Source: Candidatus Kapaibacterium sp. (lineage in GTDB: Bacteria; Bacteroidota; Ignavibacteria; Kapaibacteriales; UBA2268). Taken from it: 64,000 nt of DNA. The stretch is taken from the NCBI GenBank assembly GCA_965140345.1, contig OZ223198.1:102222-166221 (forward strand), read 5' to 3'. Below, one piece after another: positions 53,771-62,792 of the stretch; the first letter of the stretch is position 1; each line of letters opens with the position of its first letter. Below the pieces are notes generated by a model. The model was not told the origin of the DNA. It worked only from the letters and a program-made list of their open reading frames with translations, and ran no database searches. Position numbers and translations under genes: made by a program.

Positions 53771-55954
53771 ATGCACAAGATATTTTTGATTTCAGTTTTG
53801 GCAATGCTATTTCCAATATTCTTGAAAGCGCAAATTCAAACTGATTCCTGCAGAATATGGGAGTATTCTAAACCCTATGAGATTATTAGTGATACAAGAA
53901 TTTTTGATAAATACATAATTTCCCTTGGAGACAATGGCTTTATTGAATATGCAGATACGAGCACTTCTGAAGGCATCCAAAGTTTAAAACTGGCAGACAA
54001 CTATGAATCTTTAAATTCAATTTCAAAAAACGGAATGCCTGCTTATATCTGCGGTAATGATGGAATTGTTTTCTGTGTGAATAGCATAGATGATATTCAG
54101 CCACGCGATCTAAAAAATATCCATACAAATCTGATAGATGTTGAGGTTTGTGGTAATATTGTATTTTTCTCAGATAACGAAAAGAATATTTATTCTACTA
54201 CTGATTTTAGCTCTTTTAAAACTTTTAAAGCAGAAGCTGTTATTAATGATATTGCGTATATCAGTGGAGTCATCTATCTAGCCTGTGACGAAGGACTCGC
54301 TTACTTCAGCAATGACAATGGTGAGACATGGATAAAAAGCCAATTGGATGAAGATCATAAGAAGCTAATGTCAATATCAGAATACCAAGACAAAATATTA
54401 TTTTCAGGGAAAGCTATAATCCTGTGCAATTCAGATCTTTCAGGAGCTCAAACGGTTGGACCAAATTTTGAAGAAAATAGTATAAAAAGCGTATCCCAAT
54501 TAATCTGGGTTGGTGGAACTTCTGTAATTGGTATTGTATATAATCATTTTAATTCAACATTCTTTTCTAATCTGAATCTTGAAACAGATAGTATTTATAC
54601 AATTTTTAGAAAAGATAACACCAAATATACATTATTTGCGGATTCAGAGGGGAATGGCGTGCTTGTCTTGGCTGGTAAAATGAGATACTTTAATGCATCA
54701 TATATTGAAACATCAATTTCCGGGTATAAAGATTACTATGATCTAAAGGATTATGACAACATTACATCTCAGCTTTATTACGCTGACAATGATGAGTTTG
54801 TTGTATCTTACTCAGAGGAAAAGAAAAACTATAGTAGTATTATTAGATATAATAATAGCTCTCAGGATACCATCATCTACCTTACAGAAGAAGGATGCAG
54901 TGATATTTTTCCTGTTTGTAAGCGTGATGCAAGCAATACTTTTATACATGATGATTCTACAATTTGCATCTTTATAGATAGCTCTGACGCGAAGGGAACG
55001 ATAGATTATTCTAAAGCAACTAGGTGTTTTTCTAGTGATGCCGGTAAAACTTGGCGTGTCGAACAAAATGAATTTGGTTATCATCTATTTACAAAATGCA
55101 ACAATGTAATTGCAGGTGTAGTTTCTGATACTACGTATGAATGCAGTACAGATGGTGGAAATACATGGTTTACTATGAGAGAACCAGAAGATATAGAAGG
55201 ATCTACCTTTACAATTGTACCTATAAATTCAAGTACATTTCTAACAACCTCATATCCCAATGGCAAATATTTGCTAACATCAGACCGTGGTGAATCATGG
55301 AAAGAAATACAACAAGAGTATTTATCTACTGCTACTTTAAATAATTCTATATTCCTTGATGATGACCATATTGTTTACGATTATTTAAGTCCATCTTTGA
55401 AGATTCATAAGCTCTATATGACCAATTCAAAATTAGAATTTGAAGAAATGCAAATTTTTGGGAGTACTCTCTTCACAGGGAGAAGAATAAATGATGATAT
55501 CGTTTATTTAGTGGGATTATCTTATATTTATTTATCGAAAGATAACATGCAAACATTTGACAGTATCGCTTTCAATGCTGATTATTATTATGGCTATCCA
55601 AATTACATTAATAGTACTTTAAATAAAAGTCTTGAACAATTTGAAGTAATCCACAATAATCATCTATACAGATTCAAACTTGATGCACTTCTTAGTGTCG
55701 CTTATTCAGAAGAAACAGAGTATCAGGAATTGAAGACCTTCCCTAATCCTGCAATAGATTATATTGATATCAGCAAATCAGATATCGAATTCAATATCGG
55801 TATGATTGTGGACATCAACGGGAAAGAGAGGGCAATTGTATCAGATTTGAACAAATCTATAGATATATCAAATTTGGAATCCGGAGTCTATTTCTTAATT
55901 GTAGTTGACAATCAAGGAAATCCTTATCGTTCTAAATTTATAGTAGAAAGATAA
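53771..55954 (+). CDS. T9SS-secreted BNR/YCF48-like beta-propeller protein
   Basis: Signal peptide; SNDNGETW, SSDAGKTW, STDGGNTW, TSDRGESW; FPNP...LESGVYFL CTD. Confidence 0.8.
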   Translation: MHKIFLISVLAMLFPIFLKAQIQTDSCRIWEYSKPYEIISDTRIFDKYIISLGDNGFIEYADTSTSEGIQSLKLADNYESLNSISKNGMPAYICGNDGIVFCVNSIDDIQPRDLKNIHTNLIDVEVCGNIVFFSDNEKNIYSTTDFSSFKTFKAEAVINDIAYISGVIYLACDEGLAYFSNDNGETWIKSQLDEDHKKLMSISEYQDKILFSGKAIILCNSDLSGAQTVGPNFEENSIKSVSQLIWVGGTSVIGIVYNHFNSTFFSNLNLETDSIYTIFRKDNTKYTLFADSEGNGVLVLAGKMRYFNASYIETSISGYKDYYDLKDYDNITSQLYYADNDEFVVSYSEEKKNYSSIIRYNNSSQDTIIYLTEEGCSDIFPVCKRDASNTFIHDDSTICIFIDSSDAKGTIDYSKATRCFSSDAGKTWRVEQNEFGYHLFTKCNNVIAGVVSDTTYECSTDGGNTWFTMREPEDIEGSTFTIVPINSSTFLTTSYPNGKYLLTSDRGESWKEIQQEYLSTATLNNSIFLDDDHIVYDYLSPSLKIHKLYMTNSKLEFEEMQIFGSTLFTGRRINDDIVYLVGLSYIYLSKDNMQTFDSIAFNADYYYGYPNYINSTLNKSLEQFEVIHNNHLYRFKLDALLSVAYSEETEYQELKTFPNPAIDYIDISKSDIEFNIGMIVDINGKERAIVSDLNKSIDISNLESGVYFLIVVDNQGNPYRSKFIVER

Positions 55955-55992
55955 ATATATCCACTGAACGGGATAAACTAACATAAAACAGC

Positions 55993-56023
55993 AAAAGAAG
56001 TGGGATAATCTCCCACTTCTTTT
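55993..56023. terminator. Bidirectional terminator between the T9SS gene and lexA
   Basis: AAAAGAAGTGGGA-loop-TCCCACTTCTTTT. Confidence 0.8.
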
Positions 56024-56062
56024 GTTTATATATTTGCGTGTGGGAATCTCTCCCACCATCAC

Positions 56063-56698
56063 TTAGATTTTACTGATTTTACCCACAATCACCCCCAATA
56101 TTTGCAAATCGGGTTCTGTGTCGCCATTTATTACTGAAAATCCTTTTCCTGCCGGATGAAGTTCAAAACCAAAGAGATTGCTCACATACTCACGCACTAA
56201 GTACCTCTCACCTATTTTCGCAGCTATTAGTTTTCCGTTCTCAGGCTCTACGGATTTATCTACTATAAGTACATCTCCGGGATTAAGATCTTTTTTCAGC
56301 ATTGACTTATCAATAATAAAGATAGCAAGAGCTTCGCCGGATAAACCGAAATATGTTTTGTCTACAGCCATGGCAGTACCTGTATACTCTTTCGGCGTGT
56401 TGTACAATTTTAGCCCTTCCGTTTGCTTGATAGCCACCTCTTCGGTGGTCTTTCTCCCCGCTTTTTTTACAATTTTTATACCACGGGACGCACCTTTGGC
56501 AATCCTTTTGATATATCCTTTTTTCTCTAATGCAGTGAGCACCTGATGCACACCATTAGTAGATGCAAACCCGAATTCATTGCATATATCTTTGATTGTG
56601 GGCGGCATATTGTCGCGCCTGATTATGCGTTTGATAAAGTTCAGGATCTCTCTTTGCCTGTCTGTAAGCTGGTTTTTCTTTCTTCTTCCGACTGCCAT
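56063..56698 (-). CDS. lexA: LexA-family repressor with degenerate autoprotease domain
   Basis: LTDRQREIL...PPTIKDI...GFAS...L..LEKKGYI...SRGI winged HTH; S24-like C-terminal domain. Confidence 0.85.
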   Translation of the reverse strand: MAVGRRKKNQLTDRQREILNFIKRIIRRDNMPPTIKDICNEFGFASTNGVHQVLTALEKKGYIKRIAKGASRGIKIVKKAGRKTTEEVAIKQTEGLKLYNTPKEYTGTAMAVDKTYFGLSGEALAIFIIDKSMLKKDLNPGDVLIVDKSVEPENGKLIAAKIGERYLVREYVSNLFGFELHPAGKGFSVINGDTEPDLQILGVIVGKISKI

Positions 56699-56944
56699 GT
56701 CTTTAAATCCGATTTATTCAACAAAAGAGTATATAGTGTTATTGACGAATAAGGCTCTGAAAGAGTATTCAGTAAAAACTATGCCAATTTTGGAAAGTAT
56801 TATTGCAATATTTTCATAGTGGATTTGTGCAAATTTATAATAATGACAATCCGAATCGCATAAACGCCTTTTTTTTATATTTTTAGACTATTTTTAGGTG
56901 GATAAGTATTTTTCAAAAATTTTAAAAACTTTTTTTCTAATAAA

Positions 56945-56991
56945 GTGGTGATTTGTGTTATTTGCATACATCGATGTGGGAGAAAGTGGGA
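56945..56991 (+). promoter_or_regulatory. MraZ-binding-type GTG(G) direct repeats with 10-bp periodicity
   Basis: GTGGGA at 56976 and 56986; GTGG/GTGT at 56945 and 56955; upstream of mraZ, as known for MraZ operators. Confidence 0.7.
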
Positions 56992-57046
56992 TAAACGCCC
57001 ATAATTATCCACAAAATTGTACCGGTAAATAATTTGACAATCTAAC

Positions 57047-57496
57047 ATGGCTTTTTTTAAAGGACAAGAACTTTACTCTCTAGACAGTAAGGGAAGGGTA
57101 AATATCCCCGCTAAAATGCGAAAAGGGATATCACCCGATGCTAATGGCACCTTTACCGTTACACGTGGTAAGGATAAGTGTATAGAAGCTTATCCTCTCG
57201 ACGAATGGAAGAAGTATGAAGAAAGGTTCGAATCCCTTAATCAGTACGACCCGAAAAACAGAAGATTCCTTAGGATGATTTTGATGTGGTCGGAAGAGGT
57301 TAATTTAGATAGTCAGCAAAGGATCTCTGTTCCTAAAAAGCTTTTAGAATATGCAGGAATAGACAAAAAAGTCCTTATTTGCGGGATGGGTGACCATATA
57401 GAATTTTGGGATCCTGAAGAATTTGAAAAATATTTAGATAGCGAAGATATAAGCTACGAAGAAGTTTCCGGTACTGTGATGGGAGAAACATTGTAA
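57047..57496 (+). CDS. mraZ: Division/cell wall cluster transcriptional regulator MraZ
   Basis: LDSKGRVNIP and LDSQQRISVP repeats, GMGDHIEFW. Confidence 0.95.
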   Translation: MAFFKGQELYSLDSKGRVNIPAKMRKGISPDANGTFTVTRGKDKCIEAYPLDEWKKYEERFESLNQYDPKNRRFLRMILMWSEEVNLDSQQRISVPKKLLEYAGIDKKVLICGMGDHIEFWDPEEFEKYLDSEDISYEEVSGTVMGETL

Positions 57497-57497
57497 A

Positions 57498-58508
57498 ATG
57501 GGAAAAAAGAAATCATCACAGAACAAGTCAAGCAAAACTAGAATTGACAAAAGCATGGCGGTAGAGTACAATTACCACTTACCGGTTATGCTTAAGGAAA
57601 CAATAGATTTTCTGGTTACAGACACAAATGGTATTTATATAGACGGAACGCTCGGAGGTGGTGGGCATGCAGCCGAGATTTTGCAAAGGTTAGATTCTGG
57701 GGGGAATTTAAACGCCTTTGACAAGCACATCACAGCGATCGAGCATTGCAATGCAAGATTTAGTGATGAACTCAAAAGAGGAACCGCGAGTCGTCTCCGT
57801 TTATATAATTACTGCTATTCTAAAGTCTGTAGCTTCGATGAAATTCGGGGGCAAATATCAGGTCTCTTGTTGGATCTTGGCGTTTCCTCAAAGCAGTTAG
57901 ACACAGACTCTCTCGGACTTAGTTACAGAGTAGATTCCAAACTCGACATGAGATTTGGAGATACTGGTTTGACGGCAGGGGACCTGTTATCTACCATTAC
58001 AGAACCCGAACTTATAGACATTCTCCGCAATTACGGAGAAGAGCCAATGGCGAAGCGAATCGCCCACAGCATCATCCAGCGAAGAAATTCCAATACAATG
58101 AACACAACTTTTGATTTGCGCGAAGCAGTGGAGGAACGTGTACCTCAAGCCTTGCATTTTAAGGCATTGTCACGCGTTTTCCAGGCTATTAGAATTGCTG
58201 TGAACCAGGAGCTGAAAGTGCTGGAAGACACGCTACACGGCATTATACCAATGCTTGCACCGGGCGGCAGAATTGTTATCCTCTCCTACCACTCACTGGA
58301 AGACAGGATAGTAAAAAACATATTTAAAGAGCATTCCAAAAAACCAAAAGTAAACAGGCAGCATCCCGATTTTGACATAGTAAAGCACACTCCTGCTCTT
58401 ACTTTGCTCACTCCAAAACCTATGCTCCCAAGCGAGCATGAAATCCAAATCAACCCACGCGCACGCAGCGCTAAGCTCAGAGTAGCTGAAAAGACTGTGG
58501 TGAAGTAA
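57498..58508 (+). CDS. rsmH: 16S rRNA m4C1402 methyltransferase RsmH
   Basis: HLPVML, DGTLGGGGH, DLGVSS, FQAIRIAVNQE, SYHSLED, NPRARSAKLR; alternative start at 57555. Confidence 0.95.
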   Translation: MGKKKSSQNKSSKTRIDKSMAVEYNYHLPVMLKETIDFLVTDTNGIYIDGTLGGGGHAAEILQRLDSGGNLNAFDKHITAIEHCNARFSDELKRGTASRLRLYNYCYSKVCSFDEIRGQISGLLLDLGVSSKQLDTDSLGLSYRVDSKLDMRFGDTGLTAGDLLSTITEPELIDILRNYGEEPMAKRIAHSIIQRRNSNTMNTTFDLREAVEERVPQALHFKALSRVFQAIRIAVNQELKVLEDTLHGIIPMLAPGGRIVILSYHSLEDRIVKNIFKEHSKKPKVNRQHPDFDIVKHTPALTLLTPKPMLPSEHEIQINPRARSAKLRVAEKTVVK

Positions 58509-58527
58509 AAGCTAATCTTCTCTACTC

Positions 58528-58717
58528 AGCCTGAAAGGCTGGAAGCAGTAGCACAGGGTGAAGCCCTGTGATGCTAATTAACCTTCAATATTTTTTCAAG
58601 TCCTGAAAGGGCGCTATCATATGAACATTACCTCGCTTCGCTCGGTTTTTAATAATGGTATATGTAATATTTTCCATAGGGCGTTGCCCTACGCTAATGA
58701 TGTGAGCCTTTCAGGCT
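58528..58717. repeat. REPIN-like unit, family 3, copy 1
   Basis: Ends AGCCTGAAAGGCT / AGCCTTTCAGGCT; internal AGGGCGTTGCCCT and CCTGAAAGGGCG palindromes. Confidence 0.85.
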
Positions 58718-58775
58718 CTATCATATTTTTGCTCATGTCATGCATTGCTATTAGTTTCCCATAAAATGAACAATT

Positions 58776-59228
58776 TTAATCCCATATATATTTAGGATTG
58801 TATTCAACATTTAATTTTTTAAGAATTGCTAAAAACTCCTGTTGATAATTGAATCTTTTATGGTGCTCTTTTTGGTTTAGAATATATTGGCTAATTTCAT
58901 CTACTTGTGATACGTGCACAGAAAAACCTCCATATCCATCTTGCCAATAAAATTTATTATATTTTTGATTTTTACCTTTTATCCATTTAGAAGATGATTT
59001 TTTTACTTCTTCTACTAACTTTGCAATAGCAACATTTTTGGACAACATACACAAGATATGAATATGATCTTGTTCTCCACCTATTTTAACTGGATTACAT
59101 TTCAATGTTCTACATACTCCGCCTATATAGTCATATAACTCGTTTTCAATATCCTCATCTATTGTTTTCTCACGATGTTTTGTACTAAAAACAATATGCA
59201 GATAAACTTCAGTAAGAGATTAACTCAT
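58776..59228 (-). pseudogene. tnpA: IS200/IS605-family HUH (Y1) transposase, RAYT-like; nonsense at codon 3
   Basis: MS*SLTEVYLHIVFSTKHR...DHIHIL...FYWQDGY...YILNQKEHH; codon 3 is TAA. Confidence 0.85.
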
Positions 59229-59256
59229 GATGGATTCTCCTATTTGTTATCGTTTT

Positions 59257-59351
59257 AACATTACCTCCCTTCGCTCGGTTTTGATTGTTGGGATCTGGAA
59301 TATTCCTCATAGGGCGTTGCCCTATGCTACTGATTTTGAGCCTTTCAGGCT
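59257..59351. repeat. REPIN-like unit, family 3, partial copy 2
   Basis: Right half of the unit (ACATTACCTC...GAGCCTTTCAGGCT). Confidence 0.85.
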
Positions 59352-59406
59352 CGGATAAATCTCACATTTTTTATATATAAAATATTATAGGAATTAGTTT
59401 CTACGC

Positions 59407-59580
59407 AGCCTGAAGGGCTGGAAGCAGTTGCACAATACTAATTAACCTTCAATACTTTTTAAGCCCTGTAAGGGCGCAATTAGAGCAACATTACCTCGCT
59501 CCGCTCGGTTTTGATTGTTGGGATCTGGAATATTTTTCATAGGGCGTTGCCCTACGCTAGTGATATGAGCCTTTCAGGCT
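59407..59580. repeat. REPIN-like unit, family 3, copy 3
   Basis: Full unit homologous to 58528-58717. Confidence 0.85.
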
Positions 59581-59707
59581 CGTTTATATTTAGCTTATAT
59601 AAATATAGAGTAGTTTAAGCAGTAAATATTACCCCCACAACAACAAAAAAACCGCAGGCATTTTTTACAACACCCGCGGTCTTCATCTTAAATATATCTA
59701 AGGTAGA

Positions 59708-60781
59708 TTATAGGTCTACTCTTACGTTCCAATTGTGTACGTCTTCGATTTCGCCATACTGGATACCTGTGATAGTATCGTAGAATTTCTGGCTGATTTC
59801 GCCGATTTCATTGTTATTTATTACCATGTCTTTGCCGTCATAATGAAGAACACCGACAGGTGAAATAACAGCAGCAGTACCTGTACCGAATACTTCTTTT
59901 AGCTCGCCGTTTTTGTGAGCTTCTAAGATCTCATCGATTGTGATTTTGCGTTCTGATACTTTCATGCCCATTTCGCGAGCTAATGTAAGAACTGAATCAC
60001 GAGTAACACCGGCAAGAATTGAAGCTTGTTCCAATGATGGAGTGATAAGCTCATTGCCGATAACAAACATGATGTTCATTGCGCCTACTTCATCGATAAA
60101 TGAACGATCTACACCGTCTAACCAAAGAACCTGAGCAAATCCTTTTTCTTTTGCTACTGTGCTTGCATAAAGTGAAGCAGCATAGTTAGCAGCAGTTTTA
60201 GCAGAACCCAAACCGCCTCTTACTGCGCGTACGTGTTCTTTTTCAACTAAGATTTTAACCGGTTTTAAGCCTTCAGCGTAGTAAGAAGCTACTGGAGAAG
60301 TCATAACGATCAATTTGTAAGAATCAGAAGCATGAACACCAAGGAAATTACCATCACCGTAAACTACTGGACGGATGTAAAGAGAGCAACCTCTTTCAGT
60401 TGGAATCCATTTTTGATCAACTTTAACTAATTCTTTGATACCTTCGATTAAAGTGTCTACATCATAATCAGGAATGCAAACCATTTTAGCTGAGCGATTC
60501 AAACGTTTTGCATTCATATCTGGACGGAAAATATTAACATGACCGTCTTTAGTTAAAAATGCTTTAAGACCTTCAAAGATTGATTGGCCATAGTGCAAAG
60601 TACACATAGCCGGTTCAATTTGCATTGGACCGTAAGGAATAATTTCACCATCGCTCCATTTGCCATCTTTATAATCCGCAACAAAAACGTGATCAGCGAA
60701 ATACTTACCAAAACCTAAGTTGTTATAATCAACTTTAGATTTGCGGTCAGTTTCTACTTTATTGATTTTGAAGTTAGCCAT
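59708..60781 (-). CDS. ilvE: Branched-chain amino acid aminotransferase
   Basis: LHYGQSIFEGLKA, FRPDMN, LYIRP, AKTAANYA, EVGAMN, GTGTAA. Confidence 0.95.
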   Translation of the reverse strand: MANFKINKVETDRKSKVDYNNLGFGKYFADHVFVADYKDGKWSDGEIIPYGPMQIEPAMCTLHYGQSIFEGLKAFLTKDGHVNIFRPDMNAKRLNRSAKMVCIPDYDVDTLIEGIKELVKVDQKWIPTERGCSLYIRPVVYGDGNFLGVHASDSYKLIVMTSPVASYYAEGLKPVKILVEKEHVRAVRGGLGSAKTAANYAASLYASTVAKEKGFAQVLWLDGVDRSFIDEVGAMNIMFVIGNELITPSLEQASILAGVTRDSVLTLAREMGMKVSERKITIDEILEAHKNGELKEVFGTGTAAVISPVGVLHYDGKDMVINNNEIGEISQKFYDTITGIQYGEIEDVHNWNVRVDL

Positions 60782-60897
60782 TACACTATCCTTTTACTAT
60801 TTATCTATTTGATTCTTTAGATATTCTGTTCGAAAAGAATCTTTTCTACATGCATATTACGAAAATAGATTGAATTTCCAAACATTCTATCATAAGT

Positions 60898-62562
60898 TTA
60901 ATATTCGTAAGTAGTATTAATATCTCTTGGAATATCTTTAAGAGAATCAATCATTTGTTCAATTTCAGGAGTCATTACACTATATTTGTCTAAGAATTTT
61001 TTAGTGCCATCGTAGTTACCTTCAGCTTCTAAAGTAAGTACGTCATGTGCCATTTCGCCTACTTTTTCAAAGAAGATATCCATGTCTATAGTATATTTAC
61101 CATCATCCATTTTTTTAATAGCACCTTTTTCACGTAGGTAGTTAAACTGAGCTAAGTTAGCTTTACCATGAGCTGAAACGCTACCAAATCTGATAGATCT
61201 GAATAGACCAGGCAAATATGTTGCAACTACTTTTTGCATATAAGCATCATCTACAAGTTTCATGTCATGTAAATGTTTGAAGTTGTACATACCTAAGATA
61301 TCAGCTTTGTTTTCTTCAATTGCAGAATATAATTCTTTAAGAGATTTTCTTACATCTAAATCGTCGTTACCATATACAGTACCACGGCCAAGAGTGTGAG
61401 ATACTTCGTGTAATGTCACAAAACTTGTAAAAGCATTAGCATCAACATGTGGCACTAAAGCAGGATCTAAGATTTTATCTGCGATTGGCTTAACTATATT
61501 TTCAAATTTAGCAGTCATCATGTTTTTATACATAGATTTTTTACTGCCTTTTTCCATATAAACTTTTGGATTATTAGGCAAAGAAGCAGCAATAGTTTTT
61601 GTACCTTTTTGACAATCACCACCAAAATAAGCTACATTTACAACTTGAAGTATGTTACTTGTTTTTCCAAGTTCGTTGATATATTTCGCATCGATTGGAA
61701 GACGTTTTTGGAATTCAAGTATATTAGATTCGAACATTTCCAATTCTTTAGTAGCTTCAGGATCTTTAACCATAATTACTGCTTCAAAAGCTGTTTTATA
61801 GTTAAATAATTCATCCTGATAGTTTTCGATTGGGCCTAAAACTAAATCGATATCATTATTTTTAATATCCATCCAAGCCATGTCTGCTTCATAGTATTCA
61901 TCAGAGCGAAGAGCCGCAGCAAGTTTAGTCAGATAGTTTTTCAAAGATTCATTTTCAGAAATTTCTGCAGCTTGATCAAGCAAAGCAGCCATTTTTTCAA
62001 CTTTTTCGTATTCTTTAGAGTAAGGAACAGCAACAAGTTTTTCACCGTCTCTTTTCACTACAGTGTAAGCACTTGTCAAAGCTTCTTTTTGTTCAGGATT
62101 TTCTTCTACATATTTTTCAAATTCTTCTTTAGTCATGTCTGTCGGATAAAAACCTGCTCCGAAAGGTCTTCTTTCAAAACCTTCACCTACGAAGCGTTTG
62201 TTACCGTAAATAACATCATAAGGACCAAAGTTGATTTTAGTATATTCTGCATATAGTTTAGCATCTTCGTCTTTTGAAGCTAAAAGAGAATCGTAGACAG
62301 GTTTTGCATCATGCGCAGACTGCAACCAGAAAATTTCATTTGCAATATGACCTGCTTCAGAAAGTAGCTTAAGTACCTGCTGTTGGCTTTCAGTTAGATG
62401 TGAAACTTCAGCAGTAATAAGAACCGGAGCATAAGCATCAATTTTTGCCTGTAATTCAGTCATATCTTTACTCTCTTTGGCAGGAGTTGCATCACTAGTC
62501 TCGCCACAAGATACGGCAAGTGCCAGTAGAGCAACAGCTCCCATCTTTTTAAACAAATTCAT
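60898..62562 (-). CDS. Peptidase M49-like (DPP III-related) zinc lipoprotein
   Basis: Lipobox AVSC after start 62562; LPN..., LHEVSH, EENKAD motifs. Confidence 0.8.
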   Translation of the reverse strand: MNLFKKMGAVALLALAVSCGETSDATPAKESKDMTELQAKIDAYAPVLITAEVSHLTESQQQVLKLLSEAGHIANEIFWLQSAHDAKPVYDSLLASKDEDAKLYAEYTKINFGPYDVIYGNKRFVGEGFERRPFGAGFYPTDMTKEEFEKYVEENPEQKEALTSAYTVVKRDGEKLVAVPYSKEYEKVEKMAALLDQAAEISENESLKNYLTKLAAALRSDEYYEADMAWMDIKNNDIDLVLGPIENYQDELFNYKTAFEAVIMVKDPEATKELEMFESNILEFQKRLPIDAKYINELGKTSNILQVVNVAYFGGDCQKGTKTIAASLPNNPKVYMEKGSKKSMYKNMMTAKFENIVKPIADKILDPALVPHVDANAFTSFVTLHEVSHTLGRGTVYGNDDLDVRKSLKELYSAIEENKADILGMYNFKHLHDMKLVDDAYMQKVVATYLPGLFRSIRFGSVSAHGKANLAQFNYLREKGAIKKMDDGKYTIDMDIFFEKVGEMAHDVLTLEAEGNYDGTKKFLDKYSVMTPEIEQMIDSLKDIPRDINTTYEY

Positions 62563-62792
62563 AATATACCTTAATATATAGTGTGTAAAAATCTTCTCAC
62601 TTATAGCAGCTAAATTTACAATCAAAATAGTCAGTTTGCAAATTTTTTTAGATTTATTCACACATATTATAGTTTTATTGTTTTGGGAGTTGATTTGGAA
62701 AATGCAGATAAGTATGAAATATTGGAGAGAAAATGTAATGGTATTGATATATTATTTGATCATATCAATACCATCACAAATTTAAAAGTAAG

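Noticed and set aside
55999-56056. GTGGGA/TCCCAC motifs at the lexA terminator as MraZ boxes
   Set aside because: Explained by the terminator stem; they lack the 10-bp direct-repeat spacing
58528-59580. CRISPR array
   Set aside because: Repeats are long internal-palindrome units without regular unique spacers; no cas genes
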